Source: a virus
Virus record (IMG/VR): IMGVR_UViG_3300020445_001256
Span: 1-64,000 of that record
Strand: one strand, 5' to 3'
DNA length: 64,000 nucleotides
The notes beneath the pieces were generated by a model. That model ran no database searches, was not told where the DNA came from, and saw only the letters and a program-made list of their open reading frames with translations. Below are positions 37,245-46,062 of this stretch, piece by piece (positions within the stretch are counted from its first letter, which is position 1; each line of letters starts with the position of its first letter). Position numbers and translations under genes: made by a program.

Positions 37245-39059
37245 ATGACCAAAACTTCAAAGATAATGCAGAGAATTCTGCAAGTTGAGAATTTCCAGAA
37301 TGTCGCATGTGTATGTGCTAACTGGCAAGAATTCGTTCAAGAATTAAGCGAGTGGGGTGTATATGGGTGTGCTAAAATAGATTTTGATGATGAAGATCTT
37401 GACGTTTCATTATTAGATAGATTCATCAAATCTGAAAATGGATATGAAAGAACTGGTGACGATTGGAACCTTATCTATGACAATGGTAAAACACTTGTTA
37501 ATAACTATGGAGGTATCTTCGCATGAATAGTTTACAAGAATTCGTTGATTATGTGTGGTCATTCTATTCACCTAACAGCGATCTTTATCCTATTAAAGGA
37601 TTAACAAAGGCAGACATATTTGATGCCTTTTATGTATACAAACATAGACTATTACACACCCAAAATGATAATTTTACTTGGGGTTACGGTGATAGTTTAG
37701 ACAGAGAAAGAGTAAGAGATATTATATTAGAATTACCACAATTTACCTTTGGAGGATAACATGAGCACATTACAAAACGAATCAATTCTTGAAACTTTAC
37801 ATGATGAAGTTTGGGAAGAGTTTAGAATACATAACAAACTAACTGATGACCAATTAAATGAACTTTGTTGGGCAAATGAGTCAGGCACGTTATTAGCAAT
37901 CGAAAAAGAAGTTGAAAAGCGTTTTGAGGATTTATGCCAATGATTAACACAAAAGAAACAAAGTACGACCTCTACGATATATTCACACCAGATGAATTGC
38001 AACAGGTTACTGACATTTTTCTTGAAGCATATTGCAGGAAAAGTGGTATTGAACCAGAGGTATTTGAAATTGAAACTAACATTATTGTGGAGGATTAACC
38101 ATGTATAAAAGTGAACAATTCGGGCGAATCTTCTGGATAGATGATAACAATGATTTCAAATCATGCCCACTAAATGTAGATGGAACTGGTGATTTTACAT
38201 GCGAAGATTATGTATGTGAATGGACAGAATGGGAGGGAGTTAATTATGAAATTCTCTTTAATATCCATCAGTCATGTGTACTTAACAAGAACAATTACGC
38301 AGGTTCATTAACAATTAATGGAGTATAACTATCTACCACGTTATAACATAGATAGAGAAGATCTTCTCACTATTTGTGGATCGCCGCCGATATTTTTTAC
38401 ACTATGTCACTACATCCCCATCTAATTGTCTGGAACTTAATGACAACGGCATACGACAGTTTACGTTATGAAGAGATAAACAAACCCACTATGACTTACC
38501 TCGATTTGTTAAAACAATTACATGAACTTCCAAAAGAAAAGTTACAACAAACCGTCACAATCTACGACAAAGATTGTGAAGAATTCATCCCCACAGATAG
38601 CACACTATATGTCAAGAATGACAGGGCATATTTGCAAATCTAATTGTTACTCAGGGGTGATAATATGAGCAAGAAATATGATTTTAAACGAGGTGAACTT
38701 ATCACTGTTAATGGTGAACAAGGGAGGATAAATTGCATTAATAAAGAATATTTTACCCTAACGATTAGAGAGTGGAAAGATGAAAACAAGTTAGGAGGAT
38801 TAGGGCAAGTTAATTTATTAGTTTATCGTTCATATTGGGATGATATTGTTTATCACGAACGAGAGAATGTAGAGGGCAATTCTTATCACTCACAGCAATA
38901 CAGATATGAGGATGTACAATGAAACAATTACCAGACGATTACAACTATAAAAATGTTACTCACGGAGAACAGATTAACTACGTCTGGATAACATTAAAGG
39001 AACTCGTAATTATGCAATGGGAGTATATACGAAAAGAAGGATTATGGAGGAGTTATTAA
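37245..39059 (+). CDS. Early small hypothetical ORFs (37245-37526, 37523-37759, 37761-37943, 38101-38328, ~38440-38643, 38665-38922, 38919-39059)
   Basis: Coupled ORFs, several with GGAG SDs. Confidence 0.6.
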
Positions 39060-39065
39060 CAACTA

Positions 39066-39155
39066 TGTGGAAAACTTACGTGAATTTGTGGAAACAATTA
39101 AATGGTAATATAAATCTAGTAGTGTTTACTTTAGTGTGGAAAAACCTGTGGAGAA
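39066..39155. repeat. Cluster of four co-oriented TGTGGA(A/G)A(A/C) 9-mers (DnaA-box-like)
   Basis: TGTGGAAAA at 39066 and 39135, TGTGGAAAC at 39087, TGTGGAGAA at 39147. Confidence 0.45.
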
Positions 39156-39298
39156 AGTGTTGCCTTAGCACGCAGATTACCGACTTGTCAATAACATTTA
39201 ATAAACTGCAATATTCTGGGAGTTACTAACACAAACTGCCGAGAAGTATTGCCACAGTTAGTATAAAGAAATAGGCAGGGGTCTCTCAGGGGGGTTAT

Positions 39299-39359
39299 GT
39301 GACAGTGGGGAAAGTGTCCACTAGTTACTGACAACAACCTCAAAATACTGTATTATAAT
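39299..39359 (+). promoter_or_regulatory. 7-8-7 motif plus -10 box
   Basis: GTGACAG-N8-GTGTCCAC; TATTATAAT at 39351-39359. Confidence 0.75.
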
Positions 39360-39384
39360 AGTATAAACAAACAAAGGACAATCT

Positions 39385-39702
39385 ATGAGAGTTATTGAAA
39401 AGAACATGTGCAGAGCGATTTCTAACAAGAAACCCTTCTCATCTTCCAACACTTCAGTAACATTTTCCGCAGACAATTCTCAAGCATTTGTTTATCTTCA
39501 CGGCAACCACATTGCAACGGTAAGTGATAACAATCTCCAGATATTTGATGGGGGTTGGCAATCAAATACCACGAAAAGTAGGTTGAACTCGTTATTAGAA
39601 ACCTTCACAGGATTAGGAAGAGGTTTGTATCAACGAAACTGGGAATGGTTCGTACAAAGTAACAACAACCCCTTCTATTCTGGAATGATTCTTAATACTT
39701 GA
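39385..39702 (+). CDS. Conserved phage early protein
   Basis: 'VYLHGNHIA..DGGWQSNTTKSRLN..QRNWEWFV' motif. Confidence 0.75.
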   Translation: MRVIEKNMCRAISNKKPFSSSNTSVTFSADNSQAFVYLHGNHIATVSDNNLQIFDGGWQSNTTKSRLNSLLETFTGLGRGLYQRNWEWFVQSNNNPFYSGMILNT

Positions 39703-39753
39703 CAAGATAAACAGTTAGTGTTATAATAGAGGGGTAAATAACCCCTCTTTTTT
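39699..39753 (+). promoter_or_regulatory. Perfect sigma70 promoter fused to a terminator hairpin
   Basis: TTGACA(39699)-17-TATAAT(39722) with extended TG; AGAGGGGT-aaata-ACCCCTCT-TTTTT at 39728-39753. Confidence 0.8.
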
Positions 39754-39952
39754 AATGTAAACTAACAAATAGTCACCCACTATATGTAAAGAAAGCAGGT
39801 CAAATCGCAGTCCTGGTGGGGGTTTTCGCCTTTCTTGGCGGCCCTTAATATAAAACCGATAGAGACCCTAACCTACAAAGGTTCCCCAGAGAGAGATATA
39901 TTATGAACTATTCATGTCTTCTCTATATAAAAAAATCCCCCAGTAAAAAAAG

Positions 39953-40165
39953 ATGTCCTTAGAGTTTTCACAAACATTCCAAGATGATCGCACTAGATGC
40001 CTTGAGCATCTTGTACGTAAGGAAGGTTTTTTAGATACGAGAATGTATGAATGTTCCCAACAAGCCGTTGAAAGTGGTGTATGTAAAGATGTTGAGGCAC
40101 TATATACCTTGTGGGATGAATGGAAAGTAAAATTCCCTACCCCACAAGTAGTAAATCGCCTTTGA
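39953..40165 (+). CDS. Hypothetical protein
   Basis: ORF track; first gene after the non-coding gap. Confidence 0.65.
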   Translation: MSLEFSQTFQDDRTRCLEHLVRKEGFLDTRMYECSQQAVESGVCKDVEALYTLWDEWKVKFPTPQVVNRL

Positions 40166-40170
40166 ATATA

Positions 40171-40341
40171 ATGAGTAAAAGATTCACAACACAGTTGGAT
40201 GAAGACGATTACGGCGATCTTGTTCTTACGATTCCATACGATATTTGTGAAGAGTTAGGTTGGAATACAGAAACACCTCTACAATATGATGTCAATGAAC
40301 AGGGGTTCCATCTTAAGAAACAAGAAGAAGAGAAGCAGTAA
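40171..40341 (+). CDS. AbrB/SpoVT/MazE-like small DNA-binding protein
   Basis: 'GDLVLTIPYDICEELGW...LQY..GFHLKK' AbrB-like pattern. Confidence 0.6.
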   Translation: MSKRFTTQLDEDDYGDLVLTIPYDICEELGWNTETPLQYDVNEQGFHLKKQEEEKQ

Positions 40342-40343
40342 TC

Positions 40344-40526
40344 ATGATCTATGTACTATACAATGATCAACATGAACAGCAAGGAGAGTTTTCCACAGTC
40401 GAAACATTAGAGACTTATATGGATAACATTCGTGAACATCGTGATGAACGTTGGCCTAAGACACCAAGGATGACTTGTTTTGATTATATTAAGTCAATTG
40501 GTTGGTCATTTGATATCAAAGTATAA
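40344..40526 (+). CDS. Hypothetical protein
   Basis: Coupled ORF. Confidence 0.6.
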   Translation: MIYVLYNDQHEQQGEFSTVETLETYMDNIREHRDERWPKTPRMTCFDYIKSIGWSFDIKV

Positions 40527-41122
40527 TGAATATCTTCCCTAGTATTATTCATCGTATCGATATTCCTGATTACGGTGATATAAAAGGCAGCCTTATAGGT
40601 CAATGTTTGAAGGAGCGTGCCTTGGATCCACAAGGAATAAAGAAATCAAATTGTGGCGGGTGGCATTCGAGGACTGATATACATCAAGACGATAATAATA
40701 TAATAAAAGATACTATATTTGACCATGTTGCATGGTATTTCTCTAGTAATAAGATTCTTAAGGAAGATACTAGACTAGAATTTACTGCTATGTGGACTAT
40801 GATTAATGGAAAGAATAGTTATAATGAGTACCATATGCATTCTGGATCTGATATAGCAGGTGTATTTTGGATTAAAGCACCTGAAGGTTCTGGAAATCTA
40901 TATTTTACTTCTCCACAGGCATATGCTTACTTTGCTGAAGAGAGACATTATAGTGAAGAGTATAAAGAAAAGAATAATTTTTATTCAGGTTATTGGTTTC
41001 CTCCTACTGAAGGACGTATTATAATGTTCCCATCAGCACTTTATCATTCAGTTAAACCAAATACACAAGATTTAGATCGTATATCAGTATCCTTTAATAT
41101 TACATTATCAACTGATACATAA
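40526..41122 (+). CDS. 2OG-Fe(II) oxygenase (TIGR02466-like)
   Basis: GGWHS..W..IN..YHMH..FPS.LYHSV.PN..RISVSFN. Confidence 0.87.
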   Translation: MNIFPSIIHRIDIPDYGDIKGSLIGQCLKERALDPQGIKKSNCGGWHSRTDIHQDDNNIIKDTIFDHVAWYFSSNKILKEDTRLEFTAMWTMINGKNSYNEYHMHSGSDIAGVFWIKAPEGSGNLYFTSPQAYAYFAEERHYSEEYKEKNNFYSGYWFPPTEGRIIMFPSALYHSVKPNTQDLDRISVSFNITLSTDT

Positions 41123-41145
41123 TATAGTATCTTGCAATACAACTT

Positions 41146-41442
41146 ATGGCAACCTTTAATGTTACGCTGATTGATAAGGAAGGTGAATCTACTACGTTCG
41201 AGTGTGCAGAAGACGAATATATACTAGACAAGGCAGATGATGCAGGTGTTGATGCTCCTTACTCATGTCGTGCTGGTGCATGTTCTACATGTGCAGGTAA
41301 GGTATTAGAGGGTACTGTTAATCAAGAGGAACAATCTTTCCTCGATGATGATCAAGTAGAAGAAGGATTTGTATTAACATGTGTTGCATATCCAACTTCT
41401 GATGTTATAATACGTTTAGGCGAGGAGGAAAACATTTACTAA
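41146..41442 (+). CDS. petF: Plant-type [2Fe-2S] ferredoxin
   Basis: [14 protein letters not shown]...[11 protein letters not shown]. Confidence 0.97.
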   Translation: MATFNVTLIDKEGESTTFECAEDEYILDKADDAGVDAPYSCRAGACSTCAGKVLEGTVNQEEQSFLDDDQVEEGFVLTCVAYPTSDVIIRLGEEENIY

Positions 41443-42157
41443 TGGCAATCCACATGAGAGAACAGTTACTTAGAGCAGTTTTAGCACATGCTCAAGGTGA
41501 AATTGAAAAACATAAGGTAAACGTCAATGTTTACTTAGAAAATCCTGCTGGTATTGGAGAACATTCCGATATTACAGAGGCAATACAGACAGAATTAGAC
41601 AAAATTGCTCGTTATCATGACCAGATAGAGGTAATTAACAAGTATTTTAGGTCACCTTCGAGTAATTGAAGTTCCCATTCTGCAAATCCTACTGTCTGGT
41701 CATAGGAGGTAAAGTGAAACGCTGGTTCCCTCCTATCGATCTGGCAACTACTCAGGATAAAATTGACAATTTAACACGAAGAGGTTATTGGTAATGGATA
41801 AAGGTGAGATTATAAGTGAGTTACTTACACTTACTGCACTATTAGGTGGTACTATGCAGAGAAGAGAGGTATTCGATTCCACTGGTAGAACATCTAAGAA
41901 AATTATTATTGAGTATGATGTCGAACAAACAAAACGTTGATCCTTGGCAAGATAATCAAGAAGCACATGATGCAATTAACATGTGTCTTGAAGCAATCGC
42001 TGGTAGGTTAGTAGAGATAGAAAAAAGGATCCAAGAGATGCCTACACCAGATAAAACCTACTATAAACCATCAGATGAGGACAAAGATCTCGATTTATTC
42101 CAAAATTTCACTAAAATTTACGAAAAACTAGACAAAATTGAGAAAAAAGTGCTATAA
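41442..42157 (+). CDS. Small conserved hypothetical ORFs (41442-41669, 41666-41794, 41794-41940, 41918-42157)
   Basis: Coupled ORFs; the first has 'YLENPAGIGEHSDI'. Confidence 0.6.
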
Positions 42158-42209
42158 TAAGCATATATGTGGCGAGCGATCCACAAATTAACGTAATTTA
42201 AGGTATTTT

Positions 42210-42356
42210 ATGGCAAAATCCGTTGCTTGGGGCTCAGATAAGAACTATATTGAGCCTATACCCAAGAAAACCCGCCAAGGACGTTCTGCAAGAACAAAAC
42301 TTGCAGCGACTTCACGAAACCATGCACAAAAGAAGTATAGAGGACAAGGAAAATGA
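42210..42356 (+). CDS. Small basic protein ending KKYRGQGK (48 aa)
   Basis: Hand translation; TAGACA-18-TATAAT promoter at 42129-42158. Confidence 0.7.
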   Translation: MAKSVAWGSDKNYIEPIPKKTRQGRSARTKLAATSRNHAQKKYRGQGK

Positions 42357-42698
42357 TTCATTTTGCAGCAGCATCACTAGATCTTAACGAGGCATGGAAC
42401 CTCTCTTGGGGAGAAGGTATCCAATTCATACTAGTACTTGCTTTTGTCTATTGGTTGAAGGTAAAAATTGATACACGAGCTGGTCTCGGAAAGAAGAAGC
42501 TAAGACAATTAAAAGGTGTTATAATAGAGGCAATTAAAGAAGCCAACAATGAGTGAAGAATTTAATCGAATTGCTAATGCACTTGAAAGAATTGCTAATT
42601 CTTTAGAACATTTGCATATTGAACAGATCGATCATGCTCACATAGATGACATCGGTGAGATACATGGTGATGTTATTACTCATCCTAAGCAATTTTGA
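42353..42698 (+). CDS. Small membrane protein (42353-42556) and His-rich small protein (42549-42698)
   Basis: One TM segment in the first; the second reads MSEEFNRIANALERIANSLEHLHIEQIDHAHIDD... Confidence 0.6.
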
Positions 42699-43321
42699 GA
42701 CCAAATAAGACCGATTTTAACCTTTTTCCCACTCCAGTAACCCATTGGAGGGGATTATTAAAGACTATAGAGGTTCAACCTATAGTCGATTTTTGTAAGG
42801 ACTACCAATCAGGTCAACATAATATGTTAGAAGGGGACGCAGTATGCTCTAGTGGCAGTACACGTCCTCTTTCTCATACAGACAGTATTTTAAATGAGAT
42901 AGATAAAACCCTTGGTCTAGACCTTTCTGAGGCATTAGAGGACGTTTTAAACAGGTATGCGAAGCAATACGGCATACAACCAGTAACTTTGACTAATAGT
43001 TGGTTTAACCTCCAATCTGAAGGGAGTGTCTTAAGACAACATAATCACCCCTTTAGTGTAATATCTGCTGCATTATTTGTTAATGCACCTAAGAATTGTA
43101 GTAAATTATATTTTGAAAATCCAAATCCTCATATAGAGTTTAATTATAGGTTGGATGAGAAGGGAAGAGATGAAAGTTTATATGAATATTGGCATTTTGA
43201 ACCAGAATCAGGAGATTTAGTGATATTTCCATCATGGTTAAAGCATGGATCAATGTATGAAAAGAATAATAGTACTGATCGACTAGTCATAAGCGTGAAC
43301 GCAGTTAGGAAAACCGACTAA
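42695..43321 (+). CDS. 2OG-Fe(II) oxygenase (TIGR02466-like)
   Basis: LFPTPV..SWFN..QHNH..GDLVIFPSWLKHGS..RLVISVN. Confidence 0.87.
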   Translation: MRPNKTDFNLFPTPVTHWRGLLKTIEVQPIVDFCKDYQSGQHNMLEGDAVCSSGSTRPLSHTDSILNEIDKTLGLDLSEALEDVLNRYAKQYGIQPVTLTNSWFNLQSEGSVLRQHNHPFSVISAALFVNAPKNCSKLYFENPNPHIEFNYRLDEKGRDESLYEYWHFEPESGDLVIFPSWLKHGSMYEKNNSTDRLVISVNAVRKTD

Positions 43322-43346
43322 ATAGTAAGATAGTTATAATGTAGTT

Positions 43347-43631
43347 GTGATGTATAAGGCACTGCCCGATGGATTATTCATCAATGAAAGTTCTATTGCT
43401 GGTCAAGGTATCTTTACCCGTGTAGCAATAGATGTTGGCACTGAACTTGGTATGTCTCATCTTATTATTGATAATGAGATTATTAGGACACCGTTAGGAG
43501 GGTTTATTAACCATTCTGACCATCCAAATTGTGAAAAATATCTGATAGATAATCGATATTATGTGCGAGTGATTAGACCAGTTGTTCCAATGGAAGAATT
43601 GTTTCTTAAGTACACATTTTATACTGTTTAA
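43347..43631 (+). CDS. Minimal SET-domain protein (lysine methyltransferase-like)
   Basis: 'SSIAGQGIF', 'FINHSDHPNC' and 'EELFLKY' correspond to SET motifs I, III and IV; CTAAATA late-type promoter at 43318. Confidence 0.8.
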   Translation: MMYKALPDGLFINESSIAGQGIFTRVAIDVGTELGMSHLIIDNEIIRTPLGGFINHSDHPNCEKYLIDNRYYVRVIRPVVPMEELFLKYTFYTV

Positions 43632-44050
43632 TGGCATTAAAAGAAGTTTCTGGTAAGAAAGTAAACTTATCCCGTGCATTTAAAGATATTGCATTTGGGT
43701 TAAAACGTAATAGTATTACGAAGGATAGTGGTGTCGTTAAGAATGAGAATGCTATTAAACAAGCAATAAGGTGTTTAGTTCTTACACAAAAGGGAGAAAG
43801 ATTGTTTCAACCCGATATTGGGTGTGCAGTATTTGAACTCTTGTTTGAACCCTTAGATCTTATGACTGCTGATGCAGTTAGAGATGAGATAATAAATACT
43901 CTTAATCAGTATGAGCCTAGAATTAGTCTAATCGATGTTACTGTTAACGTATCAGAAGTCTATAGTAGATTTGATGTTACTGTAGAATATCGCATAGTTG
44001 GACAACCTATCGTTGAATCTGTCGATTTCGTATTAAAGAGACCTGAATAA
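43631..44050 (+). CDS. gp25: Baseplate wedge subunit gp25
   Basis: 'AIKQAI..LVLT.KGERLFQP.IG..LLFEP..YEPRI'. Confidence 0.92.
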   Translation: MALKEVSGKKVNLSRAFKDIAFGLKRNSITKDSGVVKNENAIKQAIRCLVLTQKGERLFQPDIGCAVFELLFEPLDLMTADAVRDEIINTLNQYEPRISLIDVTVNVSEVYSRFDVTVEYRIVGQPIVESVDFVLKRPE

Positions 44051-46050
44051 TGCAACCGAATAATCTTACAGCATTAGATTTTACCGATGTTAAAGCATCT
44101 ATTAAGTCCTATTTGAGGACTCGTGAAGAGTTTACTGATTATGACTTCGATGGAGCAGCATTATCGTATCTAATCGATGTATTAGCGTATAATACCTATT
44201 ATACGTCATTTAATGCTAATATGTCATTAAATGAAGCGTTTTTACCTTCTGCTACAGTTAGAGACAATATTGTAAATATTGCAAAATTACTAAATTATGT
44301 TCCACGTTCTATTATTGCATCCCAAGCAACTATAAATTTAGACGTTCAAACAACGCAAACAAGTAATTCATATCCAAGTACTATTACCCTTGCTAAAGGA
44401 CCAGTAGTATCTGGTGGTAAGTATTTCTTCAATGTCGTTGCACCTACTACTGCATCTGTTGATTCTGTTACAGGAAAGGCGACTTTAAGTGATCTTGTAG
44501 TTAGACAAGGATCTATAGTTTCATTTTCTTATATTGTTAATACTTTCCAACAACAGACTTATGTAATCCCTTCTCCTAACTGCGATATTAGCACTTTAAG
44601 TATTAGGGTAAAAGCAAACGAATCTTCAACAACATCTGATTTATACAATAGAGTAGACACAGTAACTAATCTTACCGCTACTTCAAGGATATTCTTCCTC
44701 TCTGAGGGTGAAGATATGCGTTATGAGGTTAAATTTGGTGATGATAGTATAGGTCGTGCTTTAAAAGATGGAGAAGTTGTTACTCTTGAGTACCTAGTTA
44801 CGGATGGTGCTGAAGCAAATGACATCAATAGACTCTCATTTATTGGTCAAATTAGCGATTCTTTAGGAGGATCTTACACTGCATCCGATACTACGCTCAC
44901 AATTGTCAATAAATCTCAATTAGGAGCCGCAGCTGAGTCGGTTGAATCTATTAAATACAATGCTCCACGGTATTATTCTTCTCAATATAGAGCAGTTACC
45001 GCACAAGATTACGCTTTAATTACTAAAAAGGTATATGATAACGCAGATTCTGTAGTTGCATATGGTGGAGATTCATTGAATCCTCCAATTTACGGAAAAG
45101 TATACATTGCTATCAGAACTAAAACAGGATCATTACTCAATGATCAGACTAAAAAGACTATTGCTGCTTCACTTAGGAACTATGCAATGGCATCTATTGA
45201 CCCTGTAGTCATTGATCCAGAGAATATTTTCATATATCCTAAAGTTTTTGTTTCATATGATACAGGATGCGGATCTGATACATCAACAATTAAGACTAAT
45301 GTGTCAAATGCTATTACTGATTGGGCTAGTCAAACACAAATAAACAATTTTAATTCTACCTTTAGATCACAGGAGTTTGAAAAAGCGGTTACATTGGCAG
45401 ACAAATGTGTAACTGACGTTTCACTTCAGACAACTATTCTAAGGTACATTAATCCAATTACCAACTCAACCAACACATATACCATTTCTACTGGTTCAGC
45501 ACTCTATAACAGTGCTCCTAGTTCGACTGATGTTACATCTACAACTACAACAAAAGAACCAATCTTGTTATCTGGATCGTTTAGAACTTCTGACAGACCA
45601 GGTATTGATCAACAATTTGAAGATGATGGTTTTGGTAAGTTAAAAACCTTCTATAATACTGGAACTAGAAAGGTTTACACTAACACTAGTGCGGGTACAG
45701 TAAATTATGACACTGGAACAATTGCTTTTGGACCAGTTAATATAATTGGATCTGGATCTAACGTATCAACAACTGCAGTTACAATCACTGATTCCACTAC
45801 TGGTGTTGGTAGTGTTAGTGATGCATCGTTGCTTCCTACTGGATTACAGATTCCTGTTCAGTTTATTCCTGCGAACTCTAGTAGCATTCCTGCTTCTACA
45901 CCAGGAACTATTATTAATATCGTTTTACCAGAAATAACAGTCGCTGCAATTGGAACGACTCCACCTCCTACTATCCCACTAAATAGTTTGACACCAACAA
46001 TCTTTGATCAAACACCATCAACGGTTGCAGTCACATCCAGTTCATCATAA
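44050..46050 (+). CDS. gp6: Baseplate wedge subunit gp6
   Basis: 'LDF..K..FTDYDFDG..L.DVLAYNTYY..NEAFL.SA..R' and 'ES.ESIKYNAP..Q.RAVTAQDY'. Confidence 0.92.
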   Translation: MQPNNLTALDFTDVKASIKSYLRTREEFTDYDFDGAALSYLIDVLAYNTYYTSFNANMSLNEAFLPSATVRDNIVNIAKLLNYVPRSIIASQATINLDVQTTQTSNSYPSTITLAKGPVVSGGKYFFNVVAPTTASVDSVTGKATLSDLVVRQGSIVSFSYIVNTFQQQTYVIPSPNCDISTLSIRVKANESSTTSDLYNRVDTVTNLTATSRIFFLSEGEDMRYEVKFGDDSIGRALKDGEVVTLEYLVTDGAEANDINRLSFIGQISDSLGGSYTASDTTLTIVNKSQLGAAAESVESIKYNAPRYYSSQYRAVTAQDYALITKKVYDNADSVVAYGGDSLNPPIYGKVYIAIRTKTGSLLNDQTKKTIAASLRNYAMASIDPVVIDPENIFIYPKVFVSYDTGCGSDTSTIKTNVSNAITDWASQTQINNFNSTFRSQEFEKAVTLADKCVTDVSLQTTILRYINPITNSTNTYTISTGSALYNSAPSSTDVTSTTTTKEPILLSGSFRTSDRPGIDQQFEDDGFGKLKTFYNTGTRKVYTNTSAGTVNYDTGTIAFGPVNIIGSGSNVSTTAVTITDSTTGVGSVSDASLLPTGLQIPVQFIPANSSSIPASTPGTIINIVLPEITVAAIGTTPPPTIPLNSLTPTIFDQTPSTVAVTSSSS

Positions 46051-46062
46051 TTAGAGCATTAG

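Noticed and set aside
24983-39321. CRISPR array or integron attC array from the recurring palindrome
   Set aside because: Copies are degenerate, hundreds to thousands of bp apart and fixed relative to -10 boxes; no cas or integrase gene is present.
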